Shown here: positions 27,150-48,575 of the stretch, piece by piece
Layout: the number at the start of each line of letters is the position of its first letter
How positions within the stretch are numbered: position 1 is the first letter of the stretch
Source: the human T2T-CHM13v2.0 reference genome, Homo sapiens
NCBI RefSeq assembly: GCF_009914755.1
Contig: NC_060933.1
Strand: one strand, 5' to 3'
Length of the DNA stretch: 64,000 nucleotides
Translations under genes and position numbers: made by a program
Notes under the pieces: generated by a model
Databases searched by the model: none
What the model saw: only the letters and a program-made list of their open reading frames with translations
Told to the model about the DNA's origin: nothing

Positions 27150-27394
27150 TAATTTAGCATAAGTATAACCGCAAAGACAGTAGCTGGCATGCAGTAGAAT
27201 TTGGCTCAATACATGTTTGTTCCCCACACCAGCAAAAAAACGTAAGATGGGTTCCAGGCTACCAAGGCTTCTCAGACTATCTGCAGATGAGAAGGTGGTT
27301 TCCAAAGAAATACAGGCAGGGGTGCTTATTATTCAGCCGTGATTAGCCTATTCTGCAGGACTTTGCGGGACAACTCTCTGACCACACGGGTCCA

Positions 27395-27650
27395 CTGTTC
27401 CACAGCCTGAGGCTCAGTTAAGAATCACCTGGAGACGGAGTGACTAACTCATGCTAGTTTTAATACAAAAAGTCCTGTGTCCCAGGAAACCCCTCAGTTC
27501 TGTGCAAACCAAGACAGCTGGTCATGCTTCCTGGCAATCCTGTTAAAACACAGTGTCCCCAAAGATTCTGATTCAGTAGGGGAGAGGCAGGGCCTGAGAA
27601 TCTGCATTTCTAAACTGCTCCCAGGTGGACCACACAGAGAGGAACACTGC
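27395..27650. mobile_element. MER5-type element with a nested MER81-like MITE (about 27433-27529)
   Basis: AGAATCACCTGG and GATTCTGATTCAGTAGG...TCTGCATTTCTAA (MER5 motifs) are split by GTGACTAAC...GCTGGTCATG. Confidence 0.6.
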
Positions 27651-28227
27651 CAGACTAGCTCAACCTCAACCTCAGGGACTGGAGTCAGAATCCTGGGGAA
27701 AGAAAAGGCAATACTGAAAGAAGTCTTTCACCAAGTCTCGATTGCCACATAGCACAGCTGTGGGACAAATGTAATAGAATAACCCAAGGGAGAGGAATTC
27801 TCCAGGCCAGAGAAAGATCACTAGGGCTTTGCTAGGATCTGAGGGAGAGCTGTGTCGGGGGCACTTGGTACCCACGTCAAGGATGGCTTTAGTTCTGTCG
27901 TCAGCATACTCAGGGCCTGAAAGCAGGGAGGTGGTTGCCATGTAGTAACCGAGGGAATGACTGCAGAGGTGAGGGACCCCGAGGGATGTCTAGAATTACT
28001 GGCAGAGAAACAGGAAAGTTGAAGAACCCAAAATCTAAAAGGAGAGAAAACCTGACAAGTGTTCTTTGTTACTATTACCACATCCCCCGGCTAAGGCTGC
28101 TGAGCTAGCTTCACTACCCGTCCCAGCTCTGCAGTGACTACCCCAGCTAAAACTACACCTAACAATGAGAGGGTGAGACAGGTTTTGGTGTCTCAACCAG
28201 AGTCAGGGTTGGAGTCATGATCCTTAG

Positions 28228-28706
<479 letters not shown>

Positions 28707-28908
28707 TAGAAACAGTCTGCAAGATGCAGTGCCTGGTATTTGGCATGGTGGTTACAAGCGCTTGGGTTAGTTACGATCCTAGCTATGCCACTTACTAGCT
28801 ATGTAATCCTTGGAGATCTCTGTGCCTCAGTTTCCTGTAAATCTGTAAAATGAGAAGAATAATAAACCTACTTTATATGGTTGTTGTGAGGATTCAAAAG
28901 TAAATGAG

Positions 28909-29271
28909 TGTATATTAGTCTTTCTTCATGCTGCTGATAAAGACATACCCGAGACTGGGTAATTTACAAAGAAAACGAGGTTTAATGGACTCACAGTCCC
29001 AAGTGGCTGGGGAAGCCTCACAGTCATGGCAGAAGGCAAAAGGCATGTGTTACACAGCAGCAGCAACAGAGAATGAGGGACAAGTGAAAGGAGAAACCCC
29101 TGATAAAACCATCAGATCTTGTGAGACTTATTCACTACCACGAGAACAGTATGGGGGAAACCTCCCCCATGATTGAATCATCTCTCCCTGGGTCCCTCTC
29201 ACAACACATAGGAATTATGGGAGCTACAATTCAAGTTGAGATTTGGGTAGGGACACAGCCAAACCATATCA
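28909..29271 (-). mobile_element. THE1 (MaLR) solo LTR inserted into a MIR
   Basis: Ends ...CAGCCAAACCATATCA; perfect 5-bp TSD ATGAG (28904-28908 and 29272-29276); MIR continues on both sides. Confidence 0.9.
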
Positions 29272-30439
29272 ATGAGTTAATACATGAAAAGCAATTAAAA
29301 TGTGTCAGACATTGTTATAACCAACCACTCAACGACTCTTTGTTAATGAATAAAAGAAGGTACTAACACTGGTGGTTGGCTAGCCAACTCCCAATTACTC
29401 CAATGGGAAGAGTGACAGAGAAATGCACTGATGCAAAAATCAAGAGCGGTATCTTTGTGCATTCAGGTGTCTACCCATTGATGGGCTGATATCCCAGAAA
29501 CCATAATATTCAAATTTACATAATCACTCCCTGTCTTCGCCACATCCTCCCAGCCTTCTGGGTAACAGCTGACTCAGAAGTTGAAAGTTCAGCTCTTCAC
29601 CTTTTCAGCCCTGCTCACCTGTCCTTCCTCTCCACTGCAACCAAGTAAAGCTGCAACTCAGGATGGGAGGGAGGCTGCCAGCTTCTGAGAAACACTCTCA
29701 CTCTTTACTTCAATACACGAGCAACAACTTCAGTGTACTTCTGAGACATTAGCTGATGGACTTTAATAGTACAGTAAAGAGATGTTCACAGTCAAGAGAA
29801 GAAGGTAGTTTAAAAGCACAAATGCAGGCCAAGCACAATGGCTCACACCTGTAATCCCAGCATTTTGGGAGATTGAGATGGGAGGATCACTTGCACCCAG
29901 GAGTTCATGACTAGCCTGGCCAAAAATCTAGACCCCATCTCTAAAAACCCAACAGCAACAATAACAAAAAAGCACAAATTCAGTGCTTAAATTTTAAATC
30001 TGCTTTTAACCTAACCCTCAACCATTCACAGTCAGACCAAACAAATCCAGCACAACCTTCCTGAGATTCTGTCTGTCAAATTTGGAAAGACAGATCAAAC
30101 AACGGGAGGAAATAAGCCAACGGGGCCCAAAACTCAGGAAGAAAAAGCATTCCCAAGTGGTCTCTAACACTATATAAAATTGCATTGCTCTTAAGAGATT
30201 GCACCAAATTCCAGAGGTGGAAGGAATCTGAGAAATCTCATGTTCTCTCCTTTCCAACATCCCTGACAAAAAAAAAATCCAGAAATGAAAACATAGACTC
30301 TGCTTTTAAATCCCTCCAAGACAGAGAGCACTCTACTCTCTCCAGCAATGTAATATTTGCAGGGCTATTCAAATTGTCATATATTTCCCACACCCACCCA
30401 AATTTAGGACTGACATTCTCCATCAAGAACTCTCAGTTG

Positions 30440-30547
30440 GGCTGGTCCAAAGGTAGTGAGTTATCTCAATTGATTGTGGACAGTCAGTTACAGATCAAAC
30501 TTCTCATTCTACTCTTTCCCCCTTCTCACTACTGTACTTGACTAGTC
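30440..30547 (+). pseudogene. Y RNA (hY1/RNY1-derived) retropseudogene
   Basis: GGCTGGTCCAAAGGTAGTGAGTTATCTCAATTGATTG...CTCACTACTGTACTTGACTAGTC matches hY1 over its full length. Followed by an A-rich tail to about 30582; TSD AAGAACTCTCA at 30425-30435 and 30583-30593. Confidence 0.95.
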
Positions 30548-30829
30548 AAAAAAAAAAAAAATCAAAAAACAAACAACAAAAAAAGAACTCTCAACCTTTC
30601 CTCATAAAAAATGGCTCACACGACCCAATCCTGTTCACTTTCTGGTGTGACCAAGATCAACCAGCAGTGGGGCCCCCACACCTGGCCTCAGGACCAGAAA
30701 CCAACCCACACTGAGTGCCATTCATTTACGCCACACCCTACGGTTCACGTCAGGCAGTCACTCACTTAACCCCTACCGGTTCTTTTCACACCTGTCTCAT
30801 ACCTGATTCATTCTCCAGAAGGGTGTACC

Positions 30830-31130
<301 letters not shown>

Positions 31131-31809
31131 AGTGTATCCTTTTTCTTAATCTTTGCAGTTCATTTTCCCTCTCTCTTCTGCAGAGCTGAGGCCAACAGAC
31201 TACTTGGGATTTTGAGCTACAGAGACCTAGCATCCCATTTTAGGATTTGACCAGAAGACCAAGAATACACCCAGGACCAAGTCCCTGGAGGTGGAAGACA
31301 AGCCATGGTGGGCATCTTCATCAACTCTAATCCTGCACCCTTTATTTTAAGTAACTTTAAATCACTCCAAAACAATCCACTCACTCTATTTCTCTTCTTT
31401 CCTCCTGTGGCTCACCCTGAATAGTGAATGTGCTGCTGTGATTCCTGAAGACAGAGGGAAGATCAAGCATGAAATGCATGATGAGTGAAGTCAGGTGACC
31501 TTTGTATACAGCAAGAACAACTTCCTGACCTCCAGCCAGGCCTGAGCCAACAGGCCTGACTCTAGCAACGAATGCCAGAGAAAGGTTAAGAAACAGGACT
31601 AACTGGTTCTACCCCTCCTCGCCCATTCCTACCCTCTGGACTCCCCTGGGCCCTGCACCCCACCCAGCCACCAACACCCTCCTGCCATATCAATTACGCG
31701 AAACACACTTTCCTTACACTCAGGTCATCTGACTTCAGCTCAACTGACTTCAGCTCTCCTCCCCAAAACATCTTTGATGCCAATTAATGTCATTCAGCCC
31801 ATGTTGCCA

Positions 31810-32570
<761 letters not shown>

Positions 32571-33070
32571 TTCCTAATACAAGCCACTGTCCCTACCCAC
32601 AAGGAGCTCTTAGTTTAGTAAACAATCACACTGCAATATGGTATAAGTGTACAACCAAGGCACGGAATATGGTATTACTGGTGCTGTAAAGAGAAGCGGA
32701 TAGTGGCAACAGACTTCCTAGGAGGAGTGAGGACACCCAGGCTTGCTTTGAAATATGAATAGCACTCATTAAGTAGCCCGCCATGGGAGAAGGGAAACAC
32801 AGTCCTCTAATCTTCTTCCTCGCCCCCCACTTTAAGAAACTAACCTCCCCCACTTATAGCCCAAGTTTAATTTTTGACCTGCTCTGTCCATTAACTATCT
32901 CATTTATTTTTGCTTTTTCATTTTTCCCCTCTCTACTAAATAATACCCCTCAGTCTAAAATATGTTTGAGTCTGTTTTGCATTCTCTAAAAATCTTGGAC
33001 TGACTTGACCAGCCCAACTGAATGCTACCTTCGTTTTCCTTCTAATTTCTTTAAAGAGTATCTACTCCGA

Positions 33071-33368
33071 GGCCAGGAGCAGTGGCTTATGCCTGTAATC
33101 CCAGCAATTTGGGAGGCTGAGGCGGGCAGATCACTTGAGGTCAGGAGTTCGAGACCAGCCTGGCCAACATGGTGAAACCCCATCTCTACTAAAAATACAA
33201 AAATTTGCTAGGTGTGGTGGTGCATATCTGTAATCCCAGCTACTCGGAAAGCTGAGGTAGGAGGATTTCTTGAACCCAGGAGGCAGAGGTTGCAGCAAGC
33301 GAGATCATGTCACCGCACTCCATCCAGCCTGGGCGACAGAGTGAGACTGTCTCAAAAAAAAAAAAAAG
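33071..33368 (+). mobile_element. AluS
   Basis: TSD AAAGAGTATCTACTCCG. Confidence 0.93.
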
Positions 33369-34568
33369 AGTATCTACTCCGTAAACAAGGTCTCTGCCCT
33401 CAACCTAAAGCCCTCACATCTAGCTCTCACCCTCTCTCCTCTACTAGCTCTGGGTCTCCACTGACCAGATCCATCCAATTCAAAGGCTTTTTCTCAATCT
33501 CTGCCTCTCGGCTTCCCATCTCCTAGTTTCCTTGACTAAATGAGCCTAGTCTTTCTCCATCCTACCCAGATGCTGCTTCTTCCTTCTCGACTTGCATCTA
33601 CCATCTAAACTCCAAGAATCCTCTCCAAGGATCTGTCTTTCATCCTCCCAATCTTGTCAACTTCAAGGTTTCAAGCAACCATCAAGTCTATTGATTTCAT
33701 CTCTCCAAATCCATAACAGCACCTCAAATTCAGGATGTCCAAAACAACTAATCATCTTTCTTTCCAAATCTTTCTCCTTCCGTAGAAACATATACCAAGT
33801 CACCCAGCCCCCAAGCCTTAGTGTCATCTTTCCCCTTCTGTTCCCTTGCACCTTCATATCTGTTATTAAATCCTTCCTTCCAGTCCATTTCCACCTTACT
33901 GTCTACATTCAGTCCATTTCTGCTGTCATTACTGTGGGCCCAGTCCTCAGAACTTCCAGGCCAGCTATTGCAACAACTTCCTCAATGGGCTTGTCCAAGC
34001 CTCCAGTCTTTCCCTACATTGTCGACTGTCAGGAAACCTGCCCTTCATAAAACCAGGTTCTCCAAGGTTGAACATGAAGGGAGAATGTCTAGATAAGGAG
34101 AGGGGGCTCAACCAGGAAGCCTTGACTTCTGTTTCCCCAAATTCACCCCCAAAACCTTTAGTTACAGATGACCTTACGTAGCTACTAGCTGTGTTCAGCC
34201 ATCTTAGTCTAACAATTCAATGGGATCATACTGGACAGTTTCCTACCTTAGAGATATCACAGGAAGATCCTGAAATAGACGCCAAGCATCTGCAAGTCCT
34301 ATGCGCACTGTTCTCGGAGATAGAGCCAAGGAAGGAATCTTAACCAGGGCACCTAATATTACAAAAATGGCCACTCCAGAAGATCAAGCCATTGAAATAC
34401 CCATCAGGCATGGTAAAAGTCCCAAGCCAAAGAGAATGGGGGTGGGGGCGGCAGGCAGGATTCTCAACCACAAGTCTCCTTGTATGTCATCACATGGAAA
34501 TTTCCTTCCACTTCAGGATCAGCGTTTGGTTTTAGTAAGGAAGATGGGGGTTCCTTAGACCCTCTTTC

Positions 34569-35171
34569 CCCCCGCCTCAAGTTTACTTATACAAATAGCA
34601 AAGGAGGACATCAGCCCCATGCAGATGGCAGTCCAAGGGGGACAATCCTTCTGTCCTCACGTTGGCAGACACAGATCTCTACTCTGAAGGCTTTGTAGGG
34701 GCCTGAGCTCCTTCGGGAGTCTGAGCTGGAACTGAAGCTGGAGCTGCAGCCTGAGCCTTGGTTTGATCCTTGACCTTGGTCTTTGGCTGGCACAGCCTGA
34801 GCCCCTTGGCAATGCGGGCACGAGCACGTTTCCCAAGCTTGAGGTGGGCAACGTAGGCAAGAGCTGACACCCTTTGGAATCTTGGGCTTAACCTCCTTGG
34901 GGTTTATGAGGGCAAGGCCTCAGCACGTGCACTCATGGCCTTGGCACTGTCGCCCTGCATCTTCTTTAGGCCCCTCTTATTGTGCTTCTTGGCAAACCGC
35001 ATGTTTGTCAGGAACTTGGGGTCCACCCCTTTAAAAGATTCGTATCTTTGTGATCCGGGTTTCATGATGCCGTTTCTGTGCCATTTTCGGGACTGGTTGT
35101 GTGTGGTGTGGTGCTTGGATTTGGCCATGTCTGCACTGTAACCTGTGGCTCCCGAAGCGCCTAGAACTGGC
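34569..35171 (-). pseudogene. Processed pseudogene of ribosomal protein L29 (eL29)
   Basis: Intronless. [20 protein letters not shown]... starts at 35128 and frameshifts after about 71 codons; the C-terminus ([16 protein letters not shown]...AQAPTKPSE*) is in another frame. 5' and 3' UTR remnants present. Degenerate TSD TAGACCCTCTTTC (34556-34568) / TAGACCCACTTTTC (35172-35185). Confidence 0.95.
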
Positions 35172-35879
35172 TAGACCCACTTTTCTTGTCACTCCCTGAG
35201 ACGGCTTCCAGTGGCTTCCAGGCACAGCTAAGTCCAAAGGCCTAGGTCTGCCAATCAAGGCACTCTGCCCTCTGCCTCTGGTGCCTCCGTGTGCTTCCTT
35301 CCCTTCTCCCCCGGGCCTGAATTCTGAAGGAATTCATTCATTCTACACTCATTTGTGGAGAGGTGACAGTGCCTTCTGCTATGAGCTGGGATACCTTTTT
35401 CACATTTTCCCATATCCAAATATGACCAATCATTGATGGCCCAGCTCAAGGGTCACCACCGATTCCCCTTTCCCTGCCCTCACCACCCACACCTTCTCAT
35501 GGCACCCATGCCATTCTGCCTTGTATTACAGTTATGTGGATGAATGTCACCTCCCCTGCGTGTCTGAATCCTCTGTGTAATTCCTACTCAGCTCAACACT
35601 GCATTTTGCAGAGGAGGAAAAACAACTCCCTCGATTGCTTGGAAATAGAACATTTGCTGGTCTAAATCCTCCAGACAATGAGCTCCACGAGGGCCCGCAC
35701 TGCCCGCCCTCATCGCGCACAGGGAAGCTGTTCAAGGGCCATCTGTTGAATGAATGAGTGAATTAATGGCTTCACTCCTGTACTCTTCCTTACGCGTCTT
35801 TCTCACCATATTTAGCATCCGGCTCTCTAACAACGTGAAAAAATTAAAAGTGGTAAGAAAATTGCTTCGGGTCAAAAAT

Positions 35880-36930
<1,051 letters not shown>

Positions 36931-37375
36931 AGAGAGAGTAGGGCTGTGATGGAGGGAGGGGCTGGCATCAGTCCCCGCTGCTCTGAGGACACCCGGCTTG
37001 GGACGCGCTGATGCCAGCCCCTACCTCCATCACAGCCGTACTCATCCCAAGGGAAGGAGTAAACCAAGACCCAAGGATGAGAAGGACGTTGGGGAGGAAT
37101 CTAAGCGGGAGTTTGTTGTAGAAATGGGGAATGGGGACCTAGAGTGAGAGCAGAGGGTTGGAGAGGGGCGTTGAGCTGCAGAGGGAAGTTAGCCCTCCTA
37201 ACCCAAGTGATGGAGGTCGCCGGGAAGCTGTCACAGTTTCAAGCAGTGAATGACTTCATCACTGACACATCTCTGTCTGTTCTGTGGAATTGGGATTGGG
37301 GTTGGGTTGGGATGTGGAAGGCAAAGAGTCCAGCCCGGAGTTGCTGCAGGAATCAGGCAATAGAAGACATGTCCT

Positions 37376-37825
<450 letters not shown>

Positions 37826-38057
37826 CTAGGTTTTATGACTAGTCGGGGAGAAGGAAATAAATAAGATCCGGTTTGAAGGCTTTGAGCTTGTGATGTCTGT
37901 GGGAGCGCAGCCGAGAGCAGGCACCCCACTACTTCACCCCATATCCTCACTTGTTTACTCTCTGCCATGAGCCTGCCGTAAATCTCACCACTTTCAAACA
38001 CACCCATATAAGGGCTAAAGTTGTGGAGTCTTAACAAGTAGTTAAAAATCAACTTCA

Positions 38058-38533
<476 letters not shown>

Positions 38534-39659
38534 TAGCAGGCTTTCTTGAAAATTATTTTTGATCAACAAAGACAGGCACCTGTTTGGGGAGCAATAGATG
38601 GACGGTGTGTCTCTATTATTTAGACAAATTTTTTAAGTTCAGCTCTCCATAAACTTCAAACTTGGAAATCATGTCATTGTTTCAACAAATATACCATTCA
38701 CTTAAGATTTTTAACCAGCCTATACCACTTCATCCCCACTGTGGCCCCTTGCAAAATAAATAAACTTAAGTATATATGTATATACATTTTTTATTGATAA
38801 TGTCAGGAAAATTTGTCCAAAACTTGGAAATGGGCAAAAGAGATTACTGGGTATCCTTTCAGTGGGGTGCTGGGTGCACCGTCGCTGGACTTCCTATTGA
38901 CTAGGCTATTTTGCAGCACTAGAGGGCTAGAAGTTAACTTGCAGAAAACTGATGATAATGTAAAAGATTTATGTCCATAGCAGTGAAAATGAATGTTTTC
39001 CAAGAGAAATATAAGTGATCAGTCCTTTCTGCCAGAAAATAAATAAGTTAAACCCACTAATTTCATTTTGTCCTATATGATACTAACTAGTTAACCAGTT
39101 TGGCACCTATTAGCAAATTCATGTGATCATTCCTGATGTCGGATTTTCCTTTGAACCTTAACATCTTGCTAGTTCTCCTTTGAGATCAACAACTTACTGA
39201 GTCCTCCATTAATCAATTGAATAGAATCTTAGAAACGTTTTCATCTTATAGTTGCATAAGTCATGTTTTCAACTTTTTGAAAATTATATTTCAGGACAAT
39301 CCATCTTACTCTATATTCCACATTAGATTGCTTGACTTTCATCAATTCTTTTCATTGGCTCATTTTTAAATTTCAAATACATATTTTTGGTTAAAACAAT
39401 ACTTCTTACTCAATGGTGAGTTCATTGGATCACATAATGAAAAATTATCTCCTCATCCAACAGTATTTGTCACAAGAATTAAAACAGAATCTTGAACCAG
39501 TGTTAAGTTTGGAGGAACAGTGGGATTATTGCTGACAAAGTATTTGACTTAAGAAAAATGTTCTTTCAAGAGAGCATGGTTAATATACCAGCATTTTCTA
39601 AAAAAGAACTTGAAAGAAGCTTTCTTCTCCTTCTCCCTCTCCTCCATTTCCTCCTCATT

Positions 39660-40752
<1,093 letters not shown>

Positions 40753-42323
40753 TTATGCCCATTTTTATTTTTATTTTATCAAATAGGCAAATATTAAGGA
40801 CTTTCCAAATTAGTTTTGGTTCTGGCAAATCTATATGGGATCAGGTTTACAAGAAAGATATCTTGGAAAGCCCCATTTTTCCCAATATTCCTGAGACATA
40901 AGTGAATGGGATTTCGGGAGAGCTCTGAGAGGACTCTGGAGAGCCATGGGTATGGGAAGGCAGAGGGCAGGCAAAAAATTTCATTCTGAACACTGGTTCA
41001 GTATCTCTAGGGAGATTTTCCCCCAAGCTGCTCTTCTCAGTGTCGGATTCCAGTGTGAAGAGGTTTGGGGTTTGTCCAGTGGGTTCCCATCTGGCTACAA
41101 GGCCAGAAGGAGAATCGAGGAGGGAGATTGGATACTAAATATCCTGGGACTCTCCTGGAAAAAAATCCATTCTTGCTTACCACACTCCTGACCATAAATG
41201 ATTACAGAGACTGCTTTGGGACAGCTCCTGGCAGGCTTGCAAATTGTTATTTTTGTTTTTAATTTAATTTATTTATTTAGAGACAGAGTCTTGCTCTGTC
41301 GCCCAGGCTGGAATGCAGTGGCGTGATCACAGCTCACTGCAACTTTCAACTTCTGGGCAAAAGCAATCCTCCCTCCCCAGCCTCCCATAAATTGTAAATA
41401 AATTGTTTATATGTGGGTATTTTAGGAATGGCTTGAATATCTAATTGTAATGAGTTTAATATACTCTGGGGTTGCACTTACTGCCTGAAGTTTGCATTAA
41501 CAGAAATAATTTAAATATTTGAAGCCTTTGAAGTATATTGGCTGAAAACTTGTGTGTTTGAAACAAAGTAACAGTCCCTCTGTAACAGTCTGCTCCACCC
41601 CCACCTCATCTAACCCTGGCTGACTCGACATCTGTGAAAACCCCAAGGCCACCTTCAAAGAAGCCACATTACCCCTCCCAGAATGGAGTCATCATCTCAA
41701 GCAGATTTGTAAAGGCTGATAAGAAGGACCTGTCCCTCTGGAGAAATGCCCTTCTGATGAAGTCTCTAACTCAAACAAAGGCCAACTTCTCATTTTTTGA
41801 AGCTTAATGACTCTCAGATACTTTGCTGCTATTGGAGAAACAGTAGGATTACTCTGCCTTCTCCAGCATACCTCTCCCTCCCTTTAGACACACACATACA
41901 TCAAACACCGTACCTGGAGTTAGTGTGTAGACCTTGGGCAACAAGTGCACTATTGTCTGCTGCACGTGGCTGTGCTACAACCAATGTGTAATTTACCCAA
42001 AACGCTAGTATTCTCAGAAAAGCAAAACAAGCATGGGTGGAAAGGGACAGCTCAGCTTAGGGGACAAGTCCTGGACTCCCTATTTTTACAATAGTGCTCT
42101 CTCTCCTCACTGTAATGGACTCAAGAGACCCTGTGATCCCCCCAGCAGAAGCTGGGGCAGCAGCAAGATTTAGATTTGGACTTGGATTTGGGAGCAAACT
42201 TCAGACACTGCAACAGACAAGTTCAAGGAGCAGCAGGCTTAGTATTCACCTATCCTCCCCCGACCTCAGGTGGTGGAGACAACACCAAGTGAGACAGGCT
42301 GTGTCACCCAGTCTCTGTCTCTG

Positions 42324-42324
<1 letters not shown>

Positions 42325-42368
<44 letters not shown>
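42325..42368 (+). repeat. (CA)n microsatellite
   Basis: About 22 CA units. Confidence 0.95.
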
Positions 42369-42369
<1 letters not shown>

Positions 42370-42789
42370 CACAGCATCACCTTCCTCACTTGCAAAAGCC
42401 TCAGCTGTTGGTGTTTTTATTCCACAAAACCTGAAAGGAAGCCTGCTGACAGCCCATTTCCGGACCCAGGATCAGCCACCCACAGCCCTAAGGAGAAGCA
42501 GGCCAGGCAGTGGGGACCAAATCAGCAATGAGCAGCACAGTCGCTGAGGAAGCCACAACAGCTGTGAAGGCGGATGGTTCCAGACCTTCACTGATAGAGA
42601 GACCAGCTCACAGTGAAGACCCGTATCATCGACCTGGGCAAATAGTGCAATCTTCAAAACAGAAATACTTTACTCAATTATTTTGCAATGGACTTAGCTA
42701 CAAGCTCTATTGGTTTCTTTGCTCGCCACTGTTTTTCATGTCCTATGTCTTCCTCTTTTCCCACTTCTCCTCCTCCTTCACCTTCTTTG

Positions 42790-44110
<1,321 letters not shown>

Positions 44111-44112
44111 GG

Positions 44113-44796
<684 letters not shown>

Positions 44797-45053
44797 TCAA
44801 TAATTTGGCTATATTTCTCCAGGTGAGAATCTCTGCTTTCTTAGGAGTAAATGGAGATTTGTTTACAGTGGTTCTAGCTCCAGTGGTTGTGCAAAGCAGG
44901 AGGTAGGAGTGGGGAGATAAAGAGAGTGCATTTGAGACCTCCTTCTTGGTTGCCATACTTTCTCTGGCCCCAGTGCCTTCTCTGGGAGCCTCTTTTGTAT
45001 CACTATTCTCATCTTATTTGGTAAGCAATAAGCTTCATTTACAGTTATCACTT

Positions 45054-45365
45054 GGGCTGGTCATGGTAATCCCAGCATTTTGGGAGGCCAAGGTGGGCAG
45101 ATCACTTGAGGTCAGGAGTTCAAGACCAGCCTGGCCAACATGGCAAAACCCCATCTCTACTAAAAATACAAAAAATTAGCCAGGCGTGGTGGCAGGCACC
45201 TGTAATCCCAGCTACTCAAGAGGCTGAGGCAAGAGAATCACTGAATCACTTGGATCCAGGAGGTGGAGGTTGCAGTGAGCAGAGATCGTGCCACTACACT
45301 CCAGCCTGGGCAATAAGAGCAAAACTCCATCTCAAAATAAATAAAATATAAATAAATAAATAAAG
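45054..45365 (+). mobile_element. AluS
   Basis: TSD AGTTATC(A/C)CTTGG. Confidence 0.92.
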
Positions 45366-45729
45366 TTATCCCTTGGGGAAAAAATTCAGAACTAGCCACT
45401 TCTAAAACAGAAAATAGGTGAAGACGTTTGTAGCTCATGAATAAATTACCAGTTCACTATCCTACCGGTTCCTTTTCCCATCTCTGCTATCTCTGAACCT
45501 GAGATAATTCTGGAGTTCTAATGGGAAAATGTACTATTTTGGAGATGCTCTCTTTCTGCTTTCATGAGATTGTGGGTGCCTCAGCTCTGTTATGTTTTTA
45601 TCAGTCTGATCACATCTGCTTTATGTTTTCAGCAAATCTCCTGTTTTGCTGCTCTCATAATACCATGCCTGGATTTCCAGTACTGCTTTCAAGTAATTCT
45701 GCTCCCACCCCCGGCCTCCATTAAAAAAA

Positions 45730-47520
<1,791 letters not shown>

Positions 47521-48078
47521 TGAGCCATGATAATCACTTGAACCTGGGAGGCGGAGGTTGCAGTGAGCTGGGATTGTGCCACTACACTCCAGCCTGGGCC
47601 ACAGAGTGGGACTCCATCTCAAAAAAAAAAAAAAAAAAAAGATCTCCAGCATGGCACACAAGACCCTTTATAATCAGGTCTCTGCTCATGTCTCCATATA
47701 CATTTCTACTTCCAAAGTCCCCTATATGTCACATTTAGCACTTACTACGTGTATTAAACTGTCACTTACTTGTCTGTCTTGTCAGTCTTTCCCATTAACT
47801 TATAAGTTTTGCAAGGACCTGGAGTGTACCACATTCACCAGCTATCATTGCATCTGGGCAAAATTCCTGGTACCTAGTAAGTGTTCTACATATTTGGGGA
47901 AGGAAGGAAAAATTGGAATTGATCACTGTCAGCTCTGGGTTGCCAGTGGGTATTAATATTCAGCTCACCTGTGCATCTTTGGAACAAGCTAGGGTAGAAA
48001 ATCTTCAAATTAGTCATCCCTCTACATGTCTTATTTCCTGTTCATTCAAAGGCTTGATTCCTGGATCATATATCCTCA

Positions 48079-48575
<497 letters not shown>

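Noticed and set aside
31729-31756. CTGACTTCAGCTC direct repeat (similar micro-duplications at 14443-14464 and about 55105-55130)
   Set aside because: Ordinary slippage duplications with no further structure.
33592-34050. 152-aa Ser/Pro-rich ORF
   Set aside because: Non-ATG start in pyrimidine-rich, L2-like degenerate sequence; no domain or splice support.
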